DNA from: Octopus bimaculoides
Taxonomy: Eukaryota
Length of the DNA stretch: 64,000 nt
Assembly (NCBI RefSeq): GCF_001194135.2
Contig: NC_068983.1
Location: 100,095,998-100,159,997 of the forward strand
Direction: 5' to 3'
The translations under genes were made by a program, and so were the position numbers. Position 1 is the first letter of the stretch. Each line of letters begins with the position of its first letter. The notes below the pieces were generated by a model. It was not told the origin of the DNA, ran no database searches, and saw only the letters and a program-made list of their open reading frames with translations. Shown piece after piece: positions 51,900 through 64,000 of this stretch.

Positions 51900-54800
51900 C
51901 CGTAAATAAACAAAACCATCATCGCTAAATGTATAAGTTCCCTTCAACCAAATCGTAACTACAATCACAGTATATAAAGGACCTAAGATTTTAACAAAGA
52001 TTTATATGAAGCATGTATACAACCTAACCAAAAGCTAAAAATTTTGTAGAACTCCAAACACCCAGAATTAGATTTTTTCACCAAAACATTTAAATGAACA
52101 AGCAAAACCTACCATTAGATGTAAGCTGATACATCTAACGGAAATGTCTGATTCAAAGCAAGCTGGCACTATAAAACCAGCCATTGAAGATAATCATCTC
52201 ACTTCCATCGACAGACAGGTAGAACGGTCAGCTAAATCTAGCAGTAAACAAAACACCAACAATTCAGCTGAAATACATACCCATATTGTACAAACAGAAG
52301 AGCACCAAAAACTCGTGGACGCCTTGCAAGTGATCAAGGATGATATGTTTCAACAGGTTCACAATCTTAATTTGAATGACAAGCCATACAACACCAGTAA
52401 AGAACCCAGTAGAGGCAGTAAACGAAATAGCAAGAAAAAAAAAAAGATATCTGAAAACCAGACAGTCCAGAGGTATGAAAACAACTTACAAAAGCATTAA
52501 TCTTTTGATATTTATCTCAGCTATTACGTTACTAGTGTATCGCAAAGAGCTGTAGTGAAACTACCTATCGTCACTAGATACAAAACTACCTATCGCCATT
52601 AGATACAAAACTACTATCGCCATTACATACAATCTTCTCATTTAAATATAAATAAATGCGAGCGTAGTAGAGAACCCATTCCTTGTCATCACGTGACTGA
52701 TCATTATTCGAATCGGCAACTTCTTCGAACCGTTCCCGCCAGAACGCAAACTGACCAATCACAGCCCTTAATAAGGTCACGTGATAGTGTTTTCCTACTC
52801 CCATCTTGGAGCCCCCTTAACGTTATAAATAGATCAACTCATACCCCACAAATTGGTCTCGGTCCAGTTTCTCTTAGAGACTGTTCCGTGTACCACACGA
52901 CAGCNNNNNNNNNNNNNNNNNNNNNNNNNNNNNNNNNNNNNNNNNNNNNNNNNNNNNNNNNNNNNNNNNNNNNNNNNNNNNNNNNNNNNNNNNNNNNNNN
53001 NNNNNNNNNNNNNNNNNNNNNNNNNNNNNNNNNNNNNNNNNNNNNNNNNNNNNNNNNNNNNNNNNNNNNNNNNNNNNNNNNNNNNNNNNNNNNNNNNNNN
53101 NNNNNNNNNNNNNNNNNNNNNNNNNNNNNNNNNNNNNNNNNNNNNNNNNNNNNNNNNNNNNNNNNNNNNNNNNNNNNNNNNNNNNNNNNNNNNNNNNNNN
53201 NNNNNNNNNCGGCATCGATGCCACGACATCACAACTAGTGATCAGCTCTGCCACACTCAGCCAACTCACTTCACATACAGAACTTTTCCTATAGTGTACC
53301 AAAGAACTGGTATAATTGTTCACGTGTTATTGACTCTCTTTCTATCTGCTGTAATAACTCACATACATGTATCACTCACAAACACATTTTTCTTTGTATG
53401 ACGGCCTGTCTTTGATTATGTTCTTATATGTCGCATTCACACTCTCACACAGACATACATCTTTAACGCCATAATAAATATCTCTGTTATTCATCTAATA
53501 CGGTTGTGGTCTTTCATTACTGGTCATCTATGTTATCGTCGCATAACATATCAACTATATCATTACTGATATATTATTGTGTGTTCAACCGTGTGACCCG
53601 TTTAAATAAAAGGAGTCCTCTGTTTTTCCATTCGTCACCAGTTCTCCTTTTTGAGTTCGCACGGTCGTTTCCTTACAGAGCTGAAACCACGCTGTCAAGA
53701 TTCAAGCAGAAAGCACATAACTTACAAAATAAAATTTTATTTCTGCAAAAGGATATCTTACAAATTGTTGTAGTTAGGACATCTAACATACAGAACAAAT
53801 TCACACAACATCAGGAGGGTCTCAAAAAAAAAAAAAGCTAGAGAGCCGATTTGGTGATACAGGATTCAAAAACTGCACCAGCTGAAACAACTCACAACTA
53901 CAGCTGAAAAACTAAAATATAAATCTATAGCATATTAATAGCAAATGCTCAATGAGTCATTTGCCAAGTCAGTTTATCGCAGTTTCAATGTAAAAGGCTC
54001 AGTCTTAGTAAAAGATAGCTCTATAAAAGATGAAGTTGAAGGCTACAGAAGATCTGTATGGGAAACCAGCGATCAATTCAATAAACAAGCTGTATGGCTA
54101 AAAGAACTGGAGCAGGATTGCTAAAAAGGCATCTTTCAGGGTGATAGCCTGTCGGTGTTGCTCTTCGTCCTCTCATTAAGCCCATTATCATACTTGCTCA
54201 CAAAACATAATAACCATAGAAATGGATCCAGAAGTATCTTCCATTTTTTTTTCTTTATCGACCACATAAAAAATCAAGTGAACCTCATAACCTAATTTTC
54301 TGCAAACATCAGAATAGAATTTAGTGAGTTCAAATGTGCATTTGTAACAATAAAATGTGGAAAAGTTGTGCCCACCTTGAAAGTCTAATAACGAACGCCT
54401 TGACAATAGAACCTCTACAGTTAGATGACAATTATACACATCTCGGACAAAATGAAAATATCAGATATGATGGACTCATAAATAAGGAGAGGGCCAGAAA
54501 TGAATACCACAGGTGGGTAATGGAAATATGGTCATCAGAACGCTCAGCTCACAATAAACATATTGCACACAATAAGTTTACAGTGACTGTCCTCATGCCT
54601 ATGTTAGGTCTTCTGAATTTGTCACTACAAGAACTCAATGAGATAGATGTTCGAACCCGCAAGCTGCTCAGTGTTACAGGAAACTTTAACAGCTATAGAA
54701 ATGTAGACAGGTTATACTTTCCACGCAAGAAGGTGGCCGTGGTTTGAAATCTGTACTAATGTCATATGAAGCTCGTATTGTGACACTGAAACAACAACTG

Positions 54801-55440
54801 CAGCATAGGAAAGAGACCAGTAACTATCTCGCCCAAGTTTCTAACCATGAAATCAACAACATAATTAGGATAGCTAAGGAACTTGAGGAAAGGTATGAAA
54901 TAAGTGTTGGTACAAATCTCTCCTCAAGGAGCGTTGATATAATCTATTTATCTGAAGAACAGAATTTTAAAAAATGGTCCAGTTCATTGAGAAGATAGTA
55001 CATGGGTACTTGGCACATAAAACACAAACCATTGAATGGAGTGATAATGTCGAAATCTTAGCATGGAGTACCGATAAGTTTATGACATCCCACCTCATTG
55101 ACTACTTCCGGGCAATTCAAGAACAAGAGATCCCCACCTACAACACAAAAAGCAGAAGACGTTGACAGACAACAAATGAGGGCTATGCAAAACTAAGACT
55201 GAAGAATAGTCTAAAACAGGATTTTAAAAAACAGCTACAAACGAAGTTGACCATATTGAGATCGATGGGTCAAAAGAATATTGATGGAACTTATAGATTA
55301 AAACAGCTTTCAAGTCAAAACAAAACCAGTCAGATATTGTTGTGTCGGACCACAAGGAAAAAAAATTAGCTGCTCTCTGGACACCAATGTGGTTAGAAAA
55401 GTATAAGATAAAGAGGACATCTGTGGACAATTGATAATCA
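51900..55440 (+). mobile_element. Degenerate R4/Dong-like RLE non-LTR retrotransposon, interrupted by solo LTR 5
   Basis: KGIFQGDSLSVLLFVLSLSPL (RT), VDRLYFPRKK-GGRGL, AIQEQEI, SDIVVSDHKEKK (PD-type endonuclease); multiple stops and a large deletion. Confidence 0.75.
52551..53677 (+). mobile_element. Solo LTR copy 5 (contains an N gap)
   Basis: TGTAGTGAA...CCTTACA; perfect 4-bp TSD GAGC. Confidence 0.88.
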
Positions 55441-55481
55441 TTCATTCCTACATATATGCATACATAAATACCCACCCACCC

Positions 55482-55781
55482 CTTTCGGTCATGAATGACT
55501 ATAGGATTACTCCTAGAAAGTTCCCTTCCGATGCACAAGTCCGGGCAAGGTTGTTTATGGAAGACCAGCAGACGCCCATGCATACCAGCCTTCCCTCTCC
55601 ACGCCACCGATGTTATCCACAAAAAAGGGAAATGCCGATACAGCTTGGCACCAGTGAAGTCGCAACTCATTTCTACAGCTGAGTGAAATAAAGTGTTTTG
55701 CTCAAGAACTCAACACACAGCCCGGTCCGGGAATCGAACACACTACTCGTGGTTGTGAGCCTGACACTCTAACCACTGAGC

Positions 55782-55786
<5 letters not shown>
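55482..55786 (-). mobile_element. Family D-type SINE
   Basis: CACGTGGCTCAGTGGTTAGAG head and GTTCGATTCCC B box on the minus strand. Confidence 0.85.
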
Positions 55787-55829
<43 letters not shown>

Positions 55830-56089
55830 CTTTAAAAATATGGTCACAGAATTAATAATATAACAAATATGAAAGCGGTTATTGTATGGGCTAACTTGAA
55901 GATATTTCACCTTCTTGACACACTAAGACAATAACTATAATTTTATTCATTAATTATGGTCAGAATAAATTATTATAGAATTAATTGAAGTACTCTATTA
56001 TACGTCACATTAAATTTAAAAAAGGAAAAAGTTGGACTTGTACCGTTGTTCGTATAAAGAGCTATTATTAGCATAAAATGCTGTTCACA

Positions 56090-56160
56090 GAAAGCTCCTT
56101 CTCGCTAAAAGCTGCCGGCGCAAGATAATTACAATAAGGTTATATGTGTTAAAATGGCTG
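56090..56160 (+). promoter_or_regulatory. Putative MED27 proximal promoter/5'UTR; YY1-like AAAATGGC overlapping the ATG
   Basis: Short CpG-containing patch before the ATG; motif read directly, function inferred. Confidence 0.35.
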
Positions 56161-56335
56161 ACCTCGAGAATATGGAGAATATTGCGGAAGCAATAAGATT
56201 AACTCAAAAAATACGAGCCAGTGTTTCCCGAACGTTTTCAGATTTATCAAACGGCTTTCACAACTCGCAGGGAAATGAGAAAAAGTGTCTGAATGATCTT
56301 CAGAAGTCTTTATTAGCGATCAATAATGATTATAA
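56154..56335 (+). CDS. MED27: Mediator subunit 27, exon 1
   Basis: MADLENMENIAEAIRLTQKIRASVSRTFSDLSNG...LQKSLLAINNDY matches the MED27 N-terminus; donor GTATGT, phase 2. Confidence 0.9.
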
Positions 56336-57721
56336 GTATGTGGTTTGTTTTTGTTATTTTTTAACATGTGGTTTATATTGTTTTATTCGTCTAATATTCT
56401 TTTGTTTCAAAACATTTCTTGTTGCTGTATTAACTAAGACTTTCTAATCTGTTTCAAATACGATTTTTCTTTGGACTTTCATTATTTCATGAAAAATCTA
56501 AATGATTTTGAAATAGCGAATCCGTAAGGTTTTAAAAAATAGTATTACTTTGGTATAGACATTTTAATACTATAAGAAACTATGCAAAATTGTATTACAC
56601 AGAATAAAATAATTCTACTTTCGTTGTTGGCTATTCAGTCTAATGGGAACGAGAAAGCCTTTGCTGAAATTATTTCCAGACTGATATTTCTCTGAATAAT
56701 TCAATTTCATTCACTAAATTGATGGTGAACTTTTGATCAAAGGCATTCTGGATTCTATCACTCCTTCTGTCTTTAAAAGGTATGGATATGGACACACTCA
56801 AGAATTCATACGATTATGGAAAAACCAAAAAAAAATTTTTTGGTGCGTGATTTAAGGTCTATTTAGCTGTTATTTTTAGCATTCTCTCGACCACCTCATA
56901 CCCTCCTCGTTTGTCAGTATCTTTCTCCTTATAAACACATTGACCCTAACCCTAACACTAGTTTTGTGAGATTTGGCTGTTATTTCTAGCATGTAAATAG
57001 CCTGCTTGGTGGGAGGGGGGGAATTTTTCAATTTTTTTTCAGAATCGGAATCTCCATAGCATAAAACGTTAGATTCCGTAAAAAAAATTAATAAATAANN
57101 NNNNNNNNTTTTATTGCTGGGATATAAGCCAAAAATTTGGACTGTCCATAATTTTAAACTGATTTTAATAGAAAATTCTAAAAAAAATTTTTCATAGCCT
57201 TTTTAAATTCCCGTTTGTAGAATACAAATTTGCAAAACAAATTTCTGATAATTCCAAAAAATAAAATAAATTATTAGGAGTTATATGGGGTGCTTAAGCC
57301 AGAATTCCACCAAAGTATGTATGTAGCGCTTTTCTTTCTCAAGACAGTAGAGTAATTTTAAGATTTCGTTGCTTTTTCTAGTAGATTGAGCTACCACTTA
57401 GAGGCTCTTTTGTTGACATAACGTATTTTGCTTGTTGTTTAACCCAGGTCAGTAGACCCATACTCGAAATATTCCAACCATGATCACCCCAACTTCTCTT
57501 TAAAGCAGTAAAGACAGGATACATTATCAAATATATCATTTCCTTTGCTGAGACGGTAAGGTAAAGTTTGAGGGAGATCTGGCTGCTGTTTCTAGCATAT
57601 CAAGTGATCCCATATAGATGCCTTCACTTGGCTCGTCTCCAGGCAAGTAGCAAGCAATAGTCCAATTCCTTATGTACAATAGCAAAGATGGTTTTTGTTT
57701 TATTATTGTAGAATTACTCAA

Positions 57722-57905
57722 AATGGCAGGCTGGCAAAATCTTTAGAGCATTGGGGGGAAGAAAAAAAAAAACGCCCTGTGCAATTTGTTCTGGTACTTT
57801 ATGATCTGAGCTCAAATCCTGTTGAAGTCAACTTTGCTGTTCAGCTCTTGGAATTGATAAAGTACCAATTAAGTACTGGAGTCAATGTAATCAACTAACC
57901 CCTCT
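57722..57905 (+). mobile_element. CpG-depleted family A SINE in MED27 intron 1
   Basis: Body recognisable; GTCGAC to GTCAAC and ATCGAC to ATCAAC. Confidence 0.7.
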
Positions 57906-57919
57906 CCTCAGACTAGCTG

Positions 57920-58830
57920 GTCATCATCATCGTTTAAAGTTCACTTTCCATGTTGGCATGGGTTAGACAGTTTGACTGTGGACTGGCAAGCCGGGAGGCT
58001 GTACCAGGCTCCAATCTGATCTGGCAAGATTTCTACAGCTGGATGCCCTCCCTAATGCCAACCACTCCGAGAGTGTACATGCCACCAGCACAGGAGCCAG
58101 TCAGGCTGCACTGGCATTGACCACATTCGAATGGTGCTTGTTACATATCACCAGCATGGGTGCCAGTCAGGTGGCACTGACATCAACCATGTTCAAATGG
58201 TGCTTTTTATGTGCCACCAGCATGGGTGCCAATCAAGCAGCACTGGCATCGGTCATGACTACGATTTCACTTGGCTCAACAGGTCTTCTCAAGCACAGCA
58301 TATTGCCCAATGATTGAAGGGGTACTTTTAAATGAGCCAGTTATGCGACAGTGGCATCAGCCACGGCTACAATCTCACTTGGCTTGCTGGGTTTTCTCAA
58401 GCACAGCATATCTCCAAAGGTCTCAGTCACTTGTCACTGCCTCTGTGAGGCCCAATGTTCAAAGGTTATGCTTCACTACCTCACCTCTTCCACAGGTTCC
58501 CCTCCATTATTAGGGTGTGACACTTCTTCACACATCTGTCCTCATCCATACGCAACACATGACCATACCAGCGCAGTCGTCTCTCTTGCACATCACATCT
58601 GATGCTGCTTATGTCCAACTTTTCTCTCAGGGCACTTACACTCTGTCGTGTATACACACTGACATTACACATTCAGTGGAGCGTTAGTATGCTCAGCAAT
58701 CACAGCCCATGTTTTACTGCCATATAGCATGGCTGTTCGCACACCGGTATCATACAGTCTACTTTTCACTCTGAGCAAGAGGCCTTTTGTTACCAGCAGA
58801 GGTAGCTCTCTGAACTTTGCCCAGGCTATT
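57920..58830 (-). mobile_element. RTE-clade LINE 3' portion with internal tandem repeats and (GAT)n tail
   Basis: LREKLDISSIRCDVQERRLRWYGHVLRMDEDRCVKKC; CATCATCAT at the 3' end. Confidence 0.85.
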
Positions 58831-58976
58831 CTTATTCTCTTGTGTTTAAATTAAAAATCATTTTTGTAGAATTCAAAGTCACAAACCACTTTACAAAATA
58901 AAATTGAAGTGCTTTATTTAATTGTTTTTTTTATGAAAACATTGATTTGAATTTTATTATCTTTTTAGAAATCAAC

Positions 58977-59303
58977 TGCGTGGCACCTTGGGCAAGTGTC
59001 TTCTACTATAGCCTCGGGCTGACCAAAGCCTTGTGAGTGGATTTGGTAGACAGAAACTGAAAGAAGCCCATCGTATATATGTAATATATGTATTTGTGTG
59101 TCTGTGGTTGTCTCCCCCCCCCCCCAACATCACTTGACAACCAATGCTGGTGTGTTTGTGTCCCTGTAACTTAGCAGTTCAGCAAAAGAGACCGATAGAA
59201 TAAGTAATAGGCTTACAAAGAATAAGTCCTGGGGTCGATTTCCTCGGCTAAAGGCGGTGTTCCAGCATGGCCACAGTCAAATGACTGAGACAAGTAAAAG
59301 AGT
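58977..59303 (+). mobile_element. 5'-truncated family B SINE in MED27 intron 1, CpG-decayed
   Basis: Colinear with 3892-4299. Confidence 0.9.
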
Positions 59304-61097
59304 GTTATCTTTAATTCTACTCTGATCATGAAAATTATTGGACATAGTTTCATGCCTGCTATTTTTCCTTCTTTTAAAATATTTTTTGAAGTTGTTTGTG
59401 GAATTTAGGTTGTGTTCACTTTTTAATTTGGAAAATTGATGAAATCTGGAGAATTCAGTCAGAGAGTTATACAGGTTAAGAGTCCCTTATGTAAAATCTG
59501 TGTAACCGAAAGTGTTGCAACTTTCGGAGTATTTTTATGTTTGCATCTATAAAATGGGACAGCTTGTGGGTGGAATCCAAGTCTAAACAATATCCGTTTA
59601 CATTTCAAAATATACCTTAAATGTGATTTTATATAAATTTTTGATAATTTTTTTATGCATAATACCATCAAAATGTTAAGATATTAGTTTCTACCTATGT
59701 CATGTTTTGGTTTGTATTTTATTTGTATTGTATTTTGTACTATACAGGTATTAGGTTTTATGTAAGATATAAAAGCAAAGCATTGAACATGATTACAGGT
59801 AAATAAAATGAAACCTGAAAAAAGCATTTTTATTTTTGATGTAATGTGTAATGATGTTAGTCATGTCACACACATACATGTAGGTGAAATTCAAATCTTA
59901 CATAAAAATAACGTTTTGTGTTTACTGTACAAAAAAAGAAAAAAAACCATGATCACTGCTTATAAACTTGTAAATGCAACGACAGACATTACAATTATTT
60001 CATGTCCCAGCATTTTGTGAAATTTTCCATTTGTGACATATCATATCTACATTCAAAAAGACTTTTGGATTTGGGAATTTCAGATAAAAGATTTTCAACT
60101 GTAACATTTGTCAAGCCAACTGAATTATACCCTAATATTTTTTTTTTTTTTTTTAAAGAGGGAGAGCATCAAATATGTAGTCCTAGATACATTATGCCTG
60201 AAAAAAAAAGTAGATGGTCATCAATGAGATGCTTTTAACCATAGACTTGTTTGATGTGGACTGACCCACACGTAAATAACAATTAACAAGTTGTTACTCA
60301 TTTTGTAAATAGCCAGTCATGAGGAGTGGAAGCTACTGTGTCCTTAACTCTACCAACAGTATAGCTGTGTGAGCAATCTGGTCTTGTCAGCCTTGAAAGG
60401 CTGATTAGAAGGACAACTCTAAGCATAAAACACTAACTTACTATCTTTAAATACCTACAAAGAGGTGATGACTTAGGGAGTCAATGCCAAGAGCAAATCA
60501 AGTGAAAAAGAAATCTGGGCCTGCTGACCCTCTTCATCCCAAAGAAAGTACAAAGAAATGAAATGAGTTGTATCTGAGGGGATACAACATTTTGTGCTTA
60601 TTTCTGTTAATTAGTTCTATGTCATTCTTGATTGAGCAGACCTATTATCAAAGCTATTTCAACCATGACTAACCCATCTTTTTTATAAGTATCTTGGAAT
60701 ACATTATCATGTGTCCCTCTTTAAGATGGTGGCATGTAATTTGAAGCAGATTTGGCTATTTCTGACAGGCTCTCTGTTTCTTTGAAAAATTTTCACAATT
60801 TCAACATATTCATATTTTAACATTTCGATCACTGTTTAACAGTATCAGTTAGAGCTAACATTTGCTTGGATACTTTCTTCTAACAAAGCTCAAATAGGCA
60901 GAAGTATCTATCTAGCAATTCCACTGTTCCTACAATACAATTTTTATCTGTTACTGATATATATTTTTTGATACTATATGTCTATAAGAAATTCTTTGAG
61001 ACAAATACTGTAGTTTAGCAGACTTTCAACAATATATCTGCTTTAAATATGATACAGATTATGATTTTAAAATATTTGTTTTCCTTTCAAATTTCAG

Positions 61098-61233
61098 TGC
61101 TTTAGAAAAGGTTGGCAACAGTCTGAACCCCATTGATCGTGTGACCAACAGTTTTAACTTAAGCCTTGACCCTGGTATCGATAAGACTCCTCTATATTCA
61201 CAGCTGTTATATACTCATAAATGGATAACCAAG
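61098..61233 (+). CDS. MED27: Mediator subunit 27, exon 2
   Basis: TTTCAG acceptor, (N)ALEKVGNSL...NLSLDPGIDKTPLYSQLLYTHKWITK, GT donor; frame continuous with exon 1. Confidence 0.93.
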
Positions 61234-63051
61234 GTCAGATGATTCTCTTTTATTTTAAAATGTGTAAAAAACATGTAATCAACAATGCTCCAGCGTAGTT
61301 ATATCGCATTAAGCTCTAGTTATTTAAATATTAAAGAAAAAATTCTTTGCTTTTTAAGGTGAAAAAATATCTTTAACATGCAAAATTTTTCAAAGATCCA
61401 ATATCATACAAAACTTTTCAAAGACGCAATATCAAAACCTTTGTTTTACTTCTTGGAAAACATTAAAATAAGGTTGATCAACATTGACTGGCAATCACCA
61501 AAATAGTTTTTTTTGCTTACATCTTAATCTCAGGCAGTGAAGATGAATATAAAACAACAGAAATGATAGAGCTAAACAACATCAAAGAATATGGATACTG
61601 AGGGTGGAAAGAGCTAGAAGTTAAACTCTAAACATATATTTGTGCTGGAGACTGGCACAATTTCTTTGTCAATTTGATGCAGGCATGGCCTTGTAGTTGA
61701 GAATTTTGCTTCACAACCACTTGGCTTCAAGTTGTAATACAAAACCTTCACACTTTGGAAAAGTATTTTCTATGTCCTTGAGTTGATTCAAGTCTTGTAA
61801 GTGAAATTAAATAGATGAAGAAAAAAGTGCCCTTTCTTTTCTGACTAAGCAGTAAATAATAATAATCTATACTATAATGGAGAAAGCTGCTTATTAATTA
61901 GGTATGTAACAATTACTAAAAGTACTAAAATTACTCTCTGGAAAATTTTATGAATTCCTTTGTTATCGATAAAAAGGTACTTTCAAAGTGTCTGTTATTA
62001 TTTACTATCACAAATTTAAATATTTGTTGCCCAGTTTTATGTTCACTGCAGAGTAGGTTTTAACATTTGATAAACAATATCAATTTATTCTGGGAAAATT
62101 TTTCGTATTCATTTGCAACAAAATCTCTCACTTTCTCTCCTGCCTCTGACTGTTTTCATTAATAATAATCTACTTGATACATATTCATTGCAATTTTTTC
62201 ATTTCAAGTTTTATTTCAGATGAGGAAATCAGGTATTTTGTTCACTTAAATTTGCTGTGTAAATGCCCTCAGTTTATTGTTTATACATACTGAAAATAAA
62301 TTATATAGGACAACTTATTAAAACTTACTGAAGTTTCGAACTCATGTGACTTATTTCCTTTCCGTCTTTATCTAAGAATTAGCAAATGAATTTGTGGCTA
62401 TGGCTATTTAATACACTATAGGTATTAAAATATCTCTATGTGATCGCTGCTATTTTTTGGCACATTAAACGTAGTTGACCTGCTTTGATGTTTGTTTAAA
62501 AAAAGAGAGATTATGACTGATAAAATAATGAAAGCAATATTTACTAAGCAAGTGAGCACTATAATACAAGAAAATAATTAGACTTAAAATATCATAAAAT
62601 ATTTAGAATTGGGAATAAAATGTGGAAATATCGAGTGGCTAACAGAAAACCGCCTGGAGGGAAGTCTTTCTTTCAGTAATAATAATAATTAGAAAATCAG
62701 ATGATATTTCATATATTATCAACATTCACTTGTTGAACGCTTTGATAGTTTAGCAGTCTATGACAAGTAAATTTGCACAACATAATTTGGTTATAGAAAA
62801 TAAGTTTGGTATCTACTTATTCTCCATTAAGTAAATAAATTAACTGACATGCAAGTCTCATGTCAAGAAACAATTGACTCTAATTTTCTAAACACTAAAA
62901 TGAATAAAGAGTATTAAAGAACAATAATCATATTAATTTGAAGGAATAAAAGTAAAAGAAACATCTGCTATAAATGGCTAATATATGATGATATAAACCT
63001 CTGGCTATCCTCGGATGTTAAATGCTAAAAAGATTTGTTATTCATCTTCAG

Positions 63052-63179
63052 ACTCTTGAGCTCTCCAACCAAGCTTTCTCCATCTTGAATCAAAGCCCAC
63101 TTCACCGATCCGTGTATGCTAGTGCTAGCTCTAAACGATTGCGCCGTCAGTCTCCAATTAGTCATTCTGTTTCAACAAA
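63052..63179 (+). CDS. MED27: Mediator subunit 27, exon 3
   Basis: CTTCAG acceptor, TLELSNQAFSILNQSPLHRSVYASASSKRLRRQSPISHSVST, GTAAGT donor; phase 0 start matches exon 2. Confidence 0.85.
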
Positions 63180-63469
63180 GTAAGTGGATTTTTTTTGTAT
63201 CATGGAATATATGTATCAGTATATTATAACTGAATAGTTTTAGTAGTAGTAGTAATGTGATCATTTTCCAAAACTGAAGATGCTACACAAAAATTGATAT
63301 AATTCCAATTGCTAATGACCACAACTTGAAGATTGGCTATATATATATATATATATATATTTAGGTGTTCACATTGATATGTAATTATTGAAGACATTGT
63401 CATGAAACCTTTAATCAAATAGAGGATCCAGATCTATCATTTCCAATCTTCTGTGTAAATATGTTTGGT

Positions 63470-63602
63470 ATTGGGGAATCTTACCCTACTTGGAAACTGG
63501 TGAGGGTTGGCAACAAGAGCAGCCAGCTGTAGAATTTTCACTCATTAAATTTGGTCCAACCCGTTACAAGCATGGAAAAGTGGATGTTAAATAATGATGA
63601 TG
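63470..63602 (+). mobile_element. Short RTE-type 3' tail fragment
   Basis: GGTGAGGGTTGGCAAC...CAGCTGTAGAA...CATGGAAAAGTGGATGTTAAA(TGA)n; reverse complement of 57920-58070. Confidence 0.65.
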
Positions 63603-63751
63603 TGTATCATCCCATATATATTTATATATATATATATATATAGCTAATAGTAAGGGATTATCAATACCTATAACGGCACTGGAAATAGCTGTAAACCAAA
63701 TTTGCTCCAATAAATGAAAAATATGTAATGACCATTATTTTTAACTTGTTT

Positions 63752-63786
<35 letters not shown>

Positions 63787-64000
63787 TATTTTGCTTAAAA
63801 GAGTTCCAGCACTGTCTGTTTTTTATGTTTTATTTGTATTCCTGCAGAGCTAATGTGGGGTATAGAATATGGAATATATAATATGATATACAATATAAAA
63901 TAAAATAAAATAAAAATGGATGGCACCATGAAAGAAAGTATTGAATGTAGATGAAATATTGAGTGTTCAATATAAAGGATCATTGTATATTGTATATCAT

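Noticed and set aside
56336-56447. C-terminal extension of the 97-aa MED27 ORF
   Set aside because: It is intron read-through past the GTATGT donor

Overview
Eukaryotic, repeat-rich scaffold with N gaps. It is very probably octopus (Octopus bimaculoides-like), inferred from the cephalopod-type tRNA-SINE families, microsatellite density and divergent 28S sequence. About 56 kb is intergenic or TE-derived. It is followed by the first three coding exons of MED27 (+; 56154-56335, 61098-61233, 63052-63179); the gene continues past the window. Upstream of MED27 (about 39.4-55.8 kb) is a dense nest of retro-insertions: a Penelope 3' end, a HERO/NeSL-like fragment, an R4-like RLE LINE, five related ~1 kb solo LTRs (three with perfect 4-bp TSDs), an intronless RidA retropseudogene, a 28S rRNA fragment ending near the protostome hidden-break region, and a foldback element with head-to-head telomere-like repeats. 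Elsewhere are hAT, mariner, pogo, Merlin and piggyBac relics, at least five SINE families, and a minimal hammerhead-ribozyme-like motif. Most ORFs in the supplied track are microsatellite or N-gap artefacts. Family assignments come from motif recognition, not database searches.
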